From Thermodesulfobacteriota bacterium (lineage in GTDB: Bacteria; Desulfobacterota_D; UBA1144; Nemesobacterales; N074bin48), in NCBI GenBank assembly GCA_041572575.1, contig JBFFSH010000023.1:1-34858 (forward strand): a DNA stretch of 34,858 bases, given 5' to 3'. Every line of letters begins with the position of its first letter. The stretch's first letter is position 1. A program made the position numbers and the translations under genes. Below the pieces are notes generated by a model. The model worked only from the letters and a program-made list of their open reading frames with translations, was not told where the DNA came from and did not search any database. This document shows positions 9,561 to 17,863 of this stretch, in pieces.

Positions 9561-9582
9561 TATAGTAGAAATTTAATGAAAC

Positions 9583-9600
9583 TGGGATAGGCTTATCCCA
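9583..9600. other. Small hairpin/palindrome upstream of the photolyase gene (terminator or operator)
   Basis: TGGGATA-GGCT-TATCCCA, 7-bp perfect stem; no U-tract. Confidence 0.35.
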
Positions 9601-9631
9601 ATCCATCGAATTAGTAATAAAATATTCACAC

Positions 9632-10954
9632 ATGCCCAATAGAGCAATATTCTGGTTTAGAAGAGACCTTCGTATAAAAGACAATATTGGTCTATACCAT
9701 GCAGTTAAAGAAAGTGATGAAGTAATTCCTGTCTTTGTATTTGAAGATAAGATTCTTAAGACAATAAAACAAGATAACCAGAGGTTTGGATTTTTAGTAG
9801 ATGCTCTGGAAAATCTTAATAAGCAGTTAAAGAAAATAGGATCTTATCTGCACATAGCAAGAGGGGATACAAGAAAAGAACTTGTAAAGATTATAAAGAA
9901 ACACAGTGTCTCCGCTCTTTATTTCAATAAAGCCCACAGCCTGGGATCGATAGAACAGGAAAAAGAAGTAGAGAAGAAATGTGAGCAGTTAAATGTCGAG
10001 GTAAGAAAATACAGTGACAGCCTTATTGTACCTATAGAGAAAGTCCCTGTAAGAAAAGTATTTACTCCATTCTATAGACTGTGGCAGAAAGAAGTTGAGA
10101 TGTGTAAGCCTCTGAATATTAAGAAAATAAATTCTCCTAAAATTAAACCAAAAATCATTTCAGAAACTATAAAAGATTTAAAATATTGCTCCAATAAAAA
10201 CTGGCCAATTAGTTTTATTTCCCAAAGGGCAAAGGAATTTGATTTCTGTGATTATGTAAATAGAAGAAACTTTCCATATATAGACGGTTCATCAAAACTG
10301 TCACCCTATATAAGATTTGGGATTATATCAATAAGACAGCTTTATAACTATGTAAGTTCGCTTGGCTGTCCAAATGATACATATATATCCGAGCTTGCCT
10401 GGCGAGAATTCTGGTATCACATCATTCATCATTTCCCAGAGTGCAGAGATATTGAATTTCAGCAGAAGAGAAGGGGTCTTAGTTGGGATAATAATCAAAA
10501 ACACCTGGAGGCATGGAAAGAGGGCAGAACCGGCTATCCGATAGTCGATGCAGGAATGAGACAGTTAAAAGAAGAAGGATGGATGCATGGCAGGGTAAGG
10601 ATGATAGTAGCATCATTTCTTACAAAGGATTTACTTATAGACTGGCGATATGGGGACAAACACTTTTATGACTATTTGGTTGATTATGATGAAAATGTAG
10701 ATATTGGTAATTGGCAGTGGTCTGCATCAGTAGGTGCTGACCCTAAACCTCTTAGGATATTTAATCCTATTTTGCAATCCCAGAGATTTGATCCCGAATG
10801 TATTTATATCAAAAAATATATTCCTGAGCTTAAAGATGAAGAAGTTATTAAAATCCATGATCCGGTCAAATATAAACTTAATTATTATGAGCCAATTGTT
10901 GACCATTATGAAGCAACTCATAATACCAAGGATGTTTATAATAAATCGATTTAG
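9632..10954 (+). CDS. phrB: Photolyase/cryptochrome family flavoprotein (class I CPD photolyase-like)
   Basis: FWFRRDLR..DN, SKLSPYIRFG, ELAWREF, GRTGYPIVDAGMRQL, RMIVASFLTK, IDWRYG, GNWQW, RIFNP. Confidence 0.92.
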   Translation: MPNRAIFWFRRDLRIKDNIGLYHAVKESDEVIPVFVFEDKILKTIKQDNQRFGFLVDALENLNKQLKKIGSYLHIARGDTRKELVKIIKKHSVSALYFNKAHSLGSIEQEKEVEKKCEQLNVEVRKYSDSLIVPIEKVPVRKVFTPFYRLWQKEVEMCKPLNIKKINSPKIKPKIISETIKDLKYCSNKNWPISFISQRAKEFDFCDYVNRRNFPYIDGSSKLSPYIRFGIISIRQLYNYVSSLGCPNDTYISELAWREFWYHIIHHFPECRDIEFQQKRRGLSWDNNQKHLEAWKEGRTGYPIVDAGMRQLKEEGWMHGRVRMIVASFLTKDLLIDWRYGDKHFYDYLVDYDENVDIGNWQWSASVGADPKPLRIFNPILQSQRFDPECIYIKKYIPELKDEEVIKIHDPVKYKLNYYEPIVDHYEATHNTKDVYNKSI

Positions 10955-10976
10955 TATGTCTAATATATGTCTAATA
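10955..10976 (-). repeat. Perfect 2x11-bp tandem repeat (TATTAGACATA on the minus strand)
   Basis: TATGTCTAATA at 10955-10965 and 10966-10976. Confidence 0.8.
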
Positions 10977-11112
10977 AATTCCGACAAATAAATAATAATA
11001 TTTTTCAATAATCTCTTAACTTTCCTAGATTGCTTACTATTTTAATTATCAATAGTTCAATATATACAGACAGTTACTAAATTTGTTTGACAACCTGATA
11101 CTATGGGTCATT

Positions 11113-11134
11113 AATTAGACATAACATAGACAGG
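11113..11134 (+). promoter_or_regulatory. Candidate operator: two TAGACA cores 11 bp apart, abutting the fasciclin RBS
   Basis: TAGACA at 11116-11121 and 11127-11132; ATTAGACATA is identical to the repeat at 10955-10976 in reverse orientation; TTGACA at 11087-11092. Confidence 0.4.
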
Positions 11135-11144
11135 AGGTAGTAAA

Positions 11145-11636
11145 ATGAACAATTTAAAAGTTCTCACAGTATTGATAGTGACAATGTCACTTTTAGGTAT
11201 GAATGCGTTGGCGGGTAAATATGAGAAAAAAGATATTGTTGATACAGCGGTATCAGCAGGGTCTTTTAAAACCCTTGTTGCAGCCTTACAAGCAGCTGAC
11301 TTGGTAGATACACTAAAGGGTGAAGGCCCTTTTACAGTGTTTGCCCCAACAGATGAAGCATTTGCAAAGCTTCCAGAGGGCACACTGGAGGATCTGCTGA
11401 AACCTGAGAATAAAGAAAAGCTTGTAGCTATTCTTACTTACCATGTGGTAGCAGGAAAAGTGACTTCAGATCAAGTAGTGGGTATCAAAGAAGCACAAAC
11501 AGTGAATGGTAAATCACTTGCTGTAGATGTTAAAGATGGAAAAGTGATGGTAGATAATGCTACAGTTGTTGGAACCGATGTTATGGCATCAAATGGCGTT
11601 ATTCATGTAATAGATACAGTAGTCATACCAAAGTAA
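11145..11636 (+). CDS. Secreted fasciclin (FAS1) domain protein, MPB70/Nex18-like
   Basis: [59 protein letters not shown]; signal peptide. Confidence 0.96.
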   Translation: MNNLKVLTVLIVTMSLLGMNALAGKYEKKDIVDTAVSAGSFKTLVAALQAADLVDTLKGEGPFTVFAPTDEAFAKLPEGTLEDLLKPENKEKLVAILTYHVVAGKVTSDQVVGIKEAQTVNGKSLAVDVKDGKVMVDNATVVGTDVMASNGVIHVIDTVVIPK

Positions 11637-11642
11637 TGCAAG

Positions 11643-11675
11643 ACAAGGGCCGGTGAGATTCCGGCCTTTGTTATA
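11643..11675 (+). terminator. Intrinsic terminator after the fasciclin gene
   Basis: ACAAGGGCCGG-N7-CCGGCCTTTGT stem (one G-U pair) with a T-rich 3' side. Confidence 0.8.
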
Positions 11676-11806
11676 TCAATGTCTCTAATATTTTTAAAAA
11701 AATTCGTATGATTTAACTAAACTATTAACAATAGAATAATTTGACAATATATACAGATAGGCAACTACTTAAGATAATAATAGAATAAATATTAATAAAA
11801 AAATAC

Positions 11807-12253
11807 ATGGTCGCGGCAACTCCGGACAATTTAGCTCATAAAGAAACTGAAATAATATATAAGAACAACCAAAAGGTGACTTCTATACCTTTTAATAGAG
11901 GGCACTGCGAACTGGCTTTGATACTAAAAGACGCCGGGCTTAAGTGGAGGCCAACGGTTGGTCATTATATCTGGGACCCTGAGAAAAAAATACTTAAGAA
12001 ATCACCATTTAATAACAGAATTTACTATGTACTCAATATAGAACATTTTATTAAAATATTCTCGAGCATTGATACTGTTAAAAAATTATTTATATGGCTT
12101 CCTACTTATTATCATTCCAGACTAATATGTGAGGAGTTAGGAATTGAGAAATCTTTGATATTTGAAAAGATATTATCTGCAAATGTAAAATCTACAGCCG
12201 ATGAGCTGTCAGTTTTATACAATCTTATTATAACCAAATTAAATTCTGTGTAA
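11807..12253 (+). CDS. Hypothetical protein
   Basis: 148-aa ORF with globular-protein composition (LKDAGLKWRP, SPF, IWLPT); no family recognised. Confidence 0.7.
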   Translation: MVAATPDNLAHKETEIIYKNNQKVTSIPFNRGHCELALILKDAGLKWRPTVGHYIWDPEKKILKKSPFNNRIYYVLNIEHFIKIFSSIDTVKKLFIWLPTYYHSRLICEELGIEKSLIFEKILSANVKSTADELSVLYNLIITKLNSV

Positions 12254-12254
12254 G

Positions 12255-12932
12255 TTACTTAAACCCTCTATACATAATCACGGTACCGATATTAAGCTCT
12301 TCATATCGACAGTTTTTAAATCCTGCATTTTTCATAAGGTTTATAAAATTGTCTCGATTAGGAAATTTAGAAATCGAGTCACCTAAGTACCTGTATTCTT
12401 CACTTGCACCAAATATAGAACCTATTAGTGGGAAAAAGTTATTGAGATAAGCCATGTATACAGGACCAAAAATCTTGTTTTTAGGAAGTGAAAACTCCAG
12501 AATTCCTATACTGCCTGTTTTATTTAGCACCCTGTACATTTCATTTAACGATTTCTGTGGGTCAACAGTGTTTCTTATACCAAAAGATATTGTAACAGCA
12601 TCAAATAAACCTTCGGTAAATGGTAGATCTTCTGCTATTCCTCTGACAATCGATATTTTATTGCTTAGTTGTTTGTTCTTTAACTTCTTTTTAGATTCTA
12701 ATAGCATATTAATGCTTGGATCAAGCCCAACAGCTTTTGAAGCTAAATTATGATCTATGAAATTGATAGAAACATCAGATGTGCCGGTTGCAAGGTCTAG
12801 TAATAACTGAGCCCCTTTAAATTCCTTTATTAACTTAGTTTTCCATTTCTTATGAAACCCCATGCTGAAAAATGTATTCAGCGGGTCGTATACCTTTGCT
12901 ATATTTTCAAATAAATCTTTGGTCTCGGGCAT
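12255..12932 (-). CDS. ubiE: UbiE/MenG family quinone C-methyltransferase
   Basis: F..IA..YD.LN...SMGFH..W, LDLATGTSD, AEDLPF, FDAVTISFGIRN, ILEFS, YRYL..SI..FP. Confidence 0.9.
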   Translation of the reverse strand: MPETKDLFENIAKVYDPLNTFFSMGFHKKWKTKLIKEFKGAQLLLDLATGTSDVSINFIDHNLASKAVGLDPSINMLLESKKKLKNKQLSNKISIVRGIAEDLPFTEGLFDAVTISFGIRNTVDPQKSLNEMYRVLNKTGSIGILEFSLPKNKIFGPVYMAYLNNFFPLIGSIFGASEEYRYLGDSISKFPNRDNFINLMKNAGFKNCRYEELNIGTVIMYRGFK

Positions 12933-12995
12933 GGTTTTGTATTAATAAATCTCTAGACTATATCAGGAAAAACGGAAAAAAATATTTATATGGTA

Positions 12996-13871
12996 TTAAA
13001 TGTCTAACTGACTAATTATTTCTTTAATATGCTCTGAATGGTTAAGTACATAAAAATGTATCCCTGGCACACCACTGCTCAGAAGGTCATTAGCCTGTAT
13101 TATGCACTGATCTATACCGATCTTTTTTGCCTTGGTATCATCACTGTTTGCCTGCTGCAGATCATCTTTTAGATACGCAGGAATCTTTGAGCCGCACATT
13201 GAGGATATTCTCTGAATTTGTTTGGTAGATAGAATTGGCATAAGGCCCGGTATAACAGGCTGATCTATTCCATGTGATTTTGTTATATCTATAAAATCAT
13301 AGTAATACTGATTTAAAAAGAAAAGCTGAGTTATAATAATATCAGAGCCAGCATTTATTTTCTTTTTGAGGTTTTCTATGTCATCTTCAATGGATTGAGC
13401 TTCAAGGTGCTTTTCAGGATACCCTGCAACAGCAATACCAAACTTTAAGTTGTTTCTCCGCTCATAATCCCTTATGTGTGCAACAAGCTCATTAGCATAT
13501 CTGTAGCTGTTTTCATTAACGACACCATCCTTTGGAGGATCACCCCTGAGAGCGACTATGTTGTGGATATTATTTCCAGCAATATTATCAAGAATTTGAT
13601 CAATATCATCTCTTGTTGACCCAACACAGGTAAGGTGGCAGGCAGTTTCAGTTGACAGCTCATTTTTAATAAATGATGCAATATCAAGGGTTTTATCACG
13701 AGTAGTACCCATTGCGCCATATGTGACAGTGATGTAGCTTGGATTTAATCCAATAAGTTCAGGCAGAGTGACATCTTTTAGTTTTTTAAGACCTTCATCC
13801 GTCCTGGGCGGAAATATCTCAAATGAAATAACTGGTCTGTCATTAACTTGATAATATTCTTTAAATAACAT
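12996..13871 (-). CDS. metF: 5,10-methylenetetrahydrofolate reductase
   Basis: SFEIFPPR, ITVTYGAMG, HLTC, ALRGDPP, VAGYPEKH, ITQLFF, GIHFYVLN. Confidence 0.96.
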   Translation of the reverse strand: MLFKEYYQVNDRPVISFEIFPPRTDEGLKKLKDVTLPELIGLNPSYITVTYGAMGTTRDKTLDIASFIKNELSTETACHLTCVGSTRDDIDQILDNIAGNNIHNIVALRGDPPKDGVVNENSYRYANELVAHIRDYERRNNLKFGIAVAGYPEKHLEAQSIEDDIENLKKKINAGSDIIITQLFFLNQYYYDFIDITKSHGIDQPVIPGLMPILSTKQIQRISSMCGSKIPAYLKDDLQQANSDDTKAKKIGIDQCIIQANDLLSSGVPGIHFYVLNHSEHIKEIISQLDI

Positions 13872-14038
13872 TTTATAATGATTTATATTATATATAAGTA
13901 ATAATTAAGATATTACTTTAATATTTATTTTTCTTCAAGTATATAATAATTCAAAAAAATGTTTTGTAATTTATTTATTTAACACTAAATTAAGGGGCTA
14001 AATATAGCATAATTATATTATATTAAATATATTCAATC

Positions 14039-15055
14039 ATGAAAATTGCCTTAATTCTAATTGCTCAATTCTTTTTCATATTTGTTCCGGCTTATTCCGA
14101 TACTACCCCTAAGTCATATCAAAAAGTACAAAGAGCTTTTTATGTTATGGGTACAAGCCTTGAGTTTAATCTTCTTTGCAAGAATAGGACACACTGTTTA
14201 GATGCAATAAATGAATCAATTGTGGAAGTTAATAGGATTGATAAAATATTTAGTAACTACAGGGCAGACAGTGAACTATCAGCTATTAGAATCAACAAAG
14301 ATCAGTACATAAAAGTATCCAGAGAGTTTTTTGAACTTACCGGATTTTCTTATTTTATATCTGCTCTAACAAATGGTGCTTTCGATATATCTGTGGGACC
14401 ACTAGTAGACATCTGGAAAAAAGAAGCAAAGAAAAATAAAATTCCTAAGACTAGTTTAATAGAATCAATACGTGATAAGTGCATAGGGTTTGATAAATTA
14501 AAATTATACTCTATACATAAAAAGATCGGTTTTAGTTCAAGTTGCATAAAACTGGACTATGGAGCAGTAGGTAAGGGGCATGTATTAAAAAAATTAGCAG
14601 AGCTGTTGGTAAGTAAGAAGATAGAAAACGGACTGATTAATTTTGGTGGAAATATTCATGCTCTTGGTAAAGATTTAGACGGTAAGCCTTGGGTAATAAA
14701 AATTAAAGACCCTGATAATAGTAACAAATATATAAAAACTATTAATGTGAGCAATATGTCTGTATCAACGTCCGGAGGATATGAGAGATATTTTTTAGTA
14801 AAAGACAGGAAATATTCTCATATCATAGATCCAAGAACAGGTTTTCCTGTAAGCCGCTTCTCTTCAGTTACTGTGGTATCGGAAAATCCGCTTTTTGCCG
14901 ATGCTCTGTCTACTGCTTTTTCTGTATTAAGTATTGAAGAATCTAAAAAAATAATAGATCAATTAGATAAGATAGCAGTGTTAATAATAGAAAAGCATGA
15001 AAATGAAATAAATATTTATAATAATGATAATTTTAATAAACTAGTATTAAACTAG
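14039..15055 (+). CDS. apbE: FAD:protein FMN transferase (ApbE family), exported
   Basis: MGT, GAFDISVGPL, LDYGAVGKG, NFGGNI, STSGGYERY, YSHIIDPRTG, ADALSTA; signal peptide without a lipobox Cys. Confidence 0.95.
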   Translation: MKIALILIAQFFFIFVPAYSDTTPKSYQKVQRAFYVMGTSLEFNLLCKNRTHCLDAINESIVEVNRIDKIFSNYRADSELSAIRINKDQYIKVSREFFELTGFSYFISALTNGAFDISVGPLVDIWKKEAKKNKIPKTSLIESIRDKCIGFDKLKLYSIHKKIGFSSSCIKLDYGAVGKGHVLKKLAELLVSKKIENGLINFGGNIHALGKDLDGKPWVIKIKDPDNSNKYIKTINVSNMSVSTSGGYERYFLVKDRKYSHIIDPRTGFPVSRFSSVTVVSENPLFADALSTAFSVLSIEESKKIIDQLDKIAVLIIEKHENEINIYNNDNFNKLVLN

Positions 15056-15164
15056 AAAGTTGTTAGGTTTTATAGAATTTTAACATATTGTAATTCGAGG
15101 AAACACCCATGATAGTTGAAACTAGATTTCCGGATCAAATATATATTTTAATTATTTGTAACTG

Positions 15165-15328
15165 TATTGACAAATGATTATTCAATATGTATATCCTAGA
15201 CCTAACATATCTATAATAAGAAATTGATTAACTATAGAAGACTATTTGTGATTTATAAGATTTTATTAATAAGTTATTGACAACAAAAAATCAATTATGT
15301 ATAACATCTACCTATGATATCCATAATA
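15165..15328 (+). promoter_or_regulatory. Two tandem, homologous sigma70-type promoter units 110 bp apart
   Basis: TTGACA(15167)-N17-TATATC and TTGACA(15277)-N17-TATAAC; 15165-15218 and 15275-15328 align ungapped at about 39/54 nt. Confidence 0.65.
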
Positions 15329-15382
15329 GAGATTAAAAACCTGAAAATATTGTAAATATAAAATAAAGGGGGAAATATTTAT

Positions 15383-16789
15383 ATGAGGATATATTTGGAT
15401 ATACAAAAAGGATATAAATATTTATTCTTTACGATTTTTATTTTGTTGTTTTCTGTTGCAAGTAGCACGGTTATGTCGGAAGAGATGGATAAGGACAGCA
15501 GAATAAGGGAGCTTGAGAGAAAACTCGAAGCAGTATCTCAGGAAGTAAATAAATTAAAAGAACAGCAGGGTGTAAGTAATAAAATAAGCGAAATCGAAGA
15601 TAAATTAACTGTATTAGTAGAAGAGATTGAAAATATTAAATCTTCCTCAGTAACTGCTGAGCGTAAATATGAACAAAAACACGGACATGCTGAGGGGGCA
15701 TCGCAGGTTTATCATGTAGGAAAGGGATTTTCGGTTGGTGGATATGGCGAGCTTTTTATAAGTCAGATTGAAGAAGATGACGACAATACGGTGGATACTC
15801 AGCGTGTAATATTATATGTGGGTCACAAGTTTACAGATAATATTATATTTAATTCCGAGATAGAATTTGAACACGGAACAACAAGCAGCAACCAGGATGG
15901 AAGATCTGGATCGGCATCTGTTGAATTTGCCAGTATTGATTTCTTAATATCTGAAAGCTTCAACATAAGGGGAGGGCTCTTATTGGCGCCATTTGGAATA
16001 GTCAATGAACAGCATGAGCCAACGACATTTTTTGGAGTATTAAGGCCCGATATAGAAACTCAGATAATCCCTACTACATGGAGAGAGAGCGGAGCAGGTA
16101 TATTTGGCGAGATTAATGATGTTATTCCGGGCACACTGAGCTACAGGGCTTATTTAATGAACAGCTTTGATTCAAGAGGTTTTAGGGCATCTAACAACAG
16201 GAGTCTGAGAGTTAAAGGCAACAGGGCGAGGTTTAACGATATTGCATTTGTTTCCAGGCTGGAATATGATCCCATTCCCGGGGTTAAATTCGGCGGCTCA
16301 TGGTTCATTGGACAGACGGGACAAAATGAAAGCGTAGATGGGCAAACAATTGGAGGCCTTTTCCAGATGTATGAAGGAGATGTCGATATTAATTGGAGAG
16401 GATTTGAAGGCAGGGCCTTATTCGTATATACATTCCTGGATGATGCGGAGCTCATAAACGCTCAAAATGGGCTTGTTGGCGATGACTCAGTCGGCGAGGA
16501 GCAGTTTGGATGGTATGTACAAGGAGCTTATAATATAATGTCACTTGCAGACGTTCATCCGTATTTTCAATATCTTGCTCCTTTTGTAAGATATGAACAA
16601 TATGACACTCAAAAAGATGTACCAGCTGGTTTTTTAAGAAATCCAGCCAATGATAGAGATGTTTTGACGTTTGGACTTAATTATAAACCAATACCAAATG
16701 TAGTGGTTAAAGTAGATTATCAGGTAAGAGATGATGAGGCTGATTCTTCAAATAATCAGATAAACCTTGGACTTGGATATGTGTTTTAA
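15383..16789 (+). CDS. Outer-membrane beta-barrel porin (OprO/P-like) with N-terminal coiled coil
   Basis: Signal peptide, heptad coiled coil (RIRELERKLEAVSQEVNKLKEQ), amphipathic beta strands, SEIEFEHG, HEPTTF, IIPTTWRE, C-terminal GLGYVF BAM signal. Confidence 0.8.
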   Translation: MRIYLDIQKGYKYLFFTIFILLFSVASSTVMSEEMDKDSRIRELERKLEAVSQEVNKLKEQQGVSNKISEIEDKLTVLVEEIENIKSSSVTAERKYEQKHGHAEGASQVYHVGKGFSVGGYGELFISQIEEDDDNTVDTQRVILYVGHKFTDNIIFNSEIEFEHGTTSSNQDGRSGSASVEFASIDFLISESFNIRGGLLLAPFGIVNEQHEPTTFFGVLRPDIETQIIPTTWRESGAGIFGEINDVIPGTLSYRAYLMNSFDSRGFRASNNRSLRVKGNRARFNDIAFVSRLEYDPIPGVKFGGSWFIGQTGQNESVDGQTIGGLFQMYEGDVDINWRGFEGRALFVYTFLDDAELINAQNGLVGDDSVGEEQFGWYVQGAYNIMSLADVHPYFQYLAPFVRYEQYDTQKDVPAGFLRNPANDRDVLTFGLNYKPIPNVVVKVDYQVRDDEADSSNNQINLGLGYVF

Positions 16790-17360
16790 GTTATTATCAA
16801 ATAAAATAATAAGAGAAGCTGGTAAATTGATTTCAGCTTCTCTTATTATTAATATCTTGTTAATTTCGCCTAATTTATATGCTAAGGTTTTTATGCCAAA
16901 GGATGAGGCGCTTAAAGTTGCTTTTCCTAATGCCGATACAATTGAGAAAAAGTCTTATTTTTTAAAGCCTGAACAAATAAATGATGTTGAAGAGCTATCA
17001 AAAACAAAAGTAGGTTCTAAGCTGTTTTTGTTATATATCGGCAAAAAAGACGGCAGGGATGTGGGTTATGCAGCAATTGACACTCACACCGTAAGAACGA
17101 AAACGCAAACTATAATTGTAGTGATAAATCCTGACGGCTCTTTAAACTATACTGAAATCCTGGCTTTCTTTGAGCCTCAGGAATATAAGCCAACGGAGGG
17201 CTGGATTGATTTATTTAAAGAAAGGAAATTAAGTGACGGAATAAAAATAGGTTATGATATACCTAATATATCGGGAGCTACTCTTTCTTCTAACGCTACT
17301 GCAAATGCGGTGAAAAAGGTGCTGGCTATTTTTGAGGTAGTAATACGAGGGGCAAATTAA
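16779..17360 (+). CDS. Exported FMN-binding domain protein (flavinylation substrate)
   Basis: NISGATLSS flavinylation motif (Thr codon 17280-17282); signal peptide ending LYA-K; start uncertain (TTG 16767, ATG 16779 or TTG 16827). Confidence 0.85.
   Translation: MCFKLLSNKIIREAGKLISASLIINILLISPNLYAKVFMPKDEALKVAFPNADTIEKKSYFLKPEQINDVEELSKTKVGSKLFLLYIGKKDGRDVGYAAIDTHTVRTKTQTIIVVINPDGSLNYTEILAFFEPQEYKPTEGWIDLFKERKLSDGIKIGYDIPNISGATLSSNATANAVKKVLAIFEVVIRGAN
16805..16850 (+). terminator. 17-bp perfect hairpin just after the porin stop codon (internal terminator or mRNA stabiliser)
   Basis: AATAATAAGAGAAGCTG (16805-16821) / CAGCTTCTCTTATTATT (16834-16850), 12-nt loop. Confidence 0.65.
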
Positions 17361-17362
17361 GA

Positions 17363-17857
17363 TTGAGATATTTTATTTCAAACGATATCAATAAAAATGA
17401 TTTGTTAAAGATCATTATTGGCTTCACTATACTGTTTTTTGTATTTCTATGGATTACAAACCTGCTTTTATATTTACAGATCGGGTTTAGCTATGAATCG
17501 GTGGTACAATATTATCTGGGCTCCGAAGAAAGCTTCAGGCCTGCTAAGAGTTATATAGGCCTTCTACAGGAATCTCATTTTCATTTCTTCTCTATGGCGA
17601 TACTTCTGGTTACTCTAAACCATTTAATACTATTTGCTTCTATAAAAAATATATATAAATTAATTTTGATTTTGTCTTCATTTTTGTCTGCGCTTGGCGA
17701 TATTTCTGCAGGATGGCTTATAAGGTATGTAAGCCCGTATTTTTCTTATCTAAAGATTGTTTCTGTGATCGTGTTACAAATCAGTTTAGCGCTTCTCATT
17801 ATAGTACTAATAATATTTATATATAACAAGGGGAAGAAGGCTCTGTATACGGGATAG
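17363..17857 (+). CDS. Four-TM inner-membrane protein with SHFHF...H motif (possible heme or metal binding)
   Basis: Four hydrophobic segments; its only three His (72, 74, 87) lie on TM2; TTG start 2 nt after the FMN-binding gene stop, GAGGGG RBS. Confidence 0.75.
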   Translation: MRYFISNDINKNDLLKIIIGFTILFFVFLWITNLLLYLQIGFSYESVVQYYLGSEESFRPAKSYIGLLQESHFHFFSMAILLVTLNHLILFASIKNIYKLILILSSFLSALGDISAGWLIRYVSPYFSYLKIVSVIVLQISLALLIIVLIIFIYNKGKKALYTG

Positions 17858-17863
17858 AGACTG

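Noticed and set aside
13872..14038. SAM or other riboswitch upstream of metF
   Set aside because: The region is almost pure A/T with no stems or conserved riboswitch cores.
15170..15190. Canonical Fur box (AATGATTATT)
   Set aside because: Only about half of the 19-bp consensus matches; kept only as part of the duplicated-promoter finding.
15165..15328. CRISPR-like repeat-spacer array
   Set aside because: Only two degenerate units, each with promoter features; no cas genes in the window.
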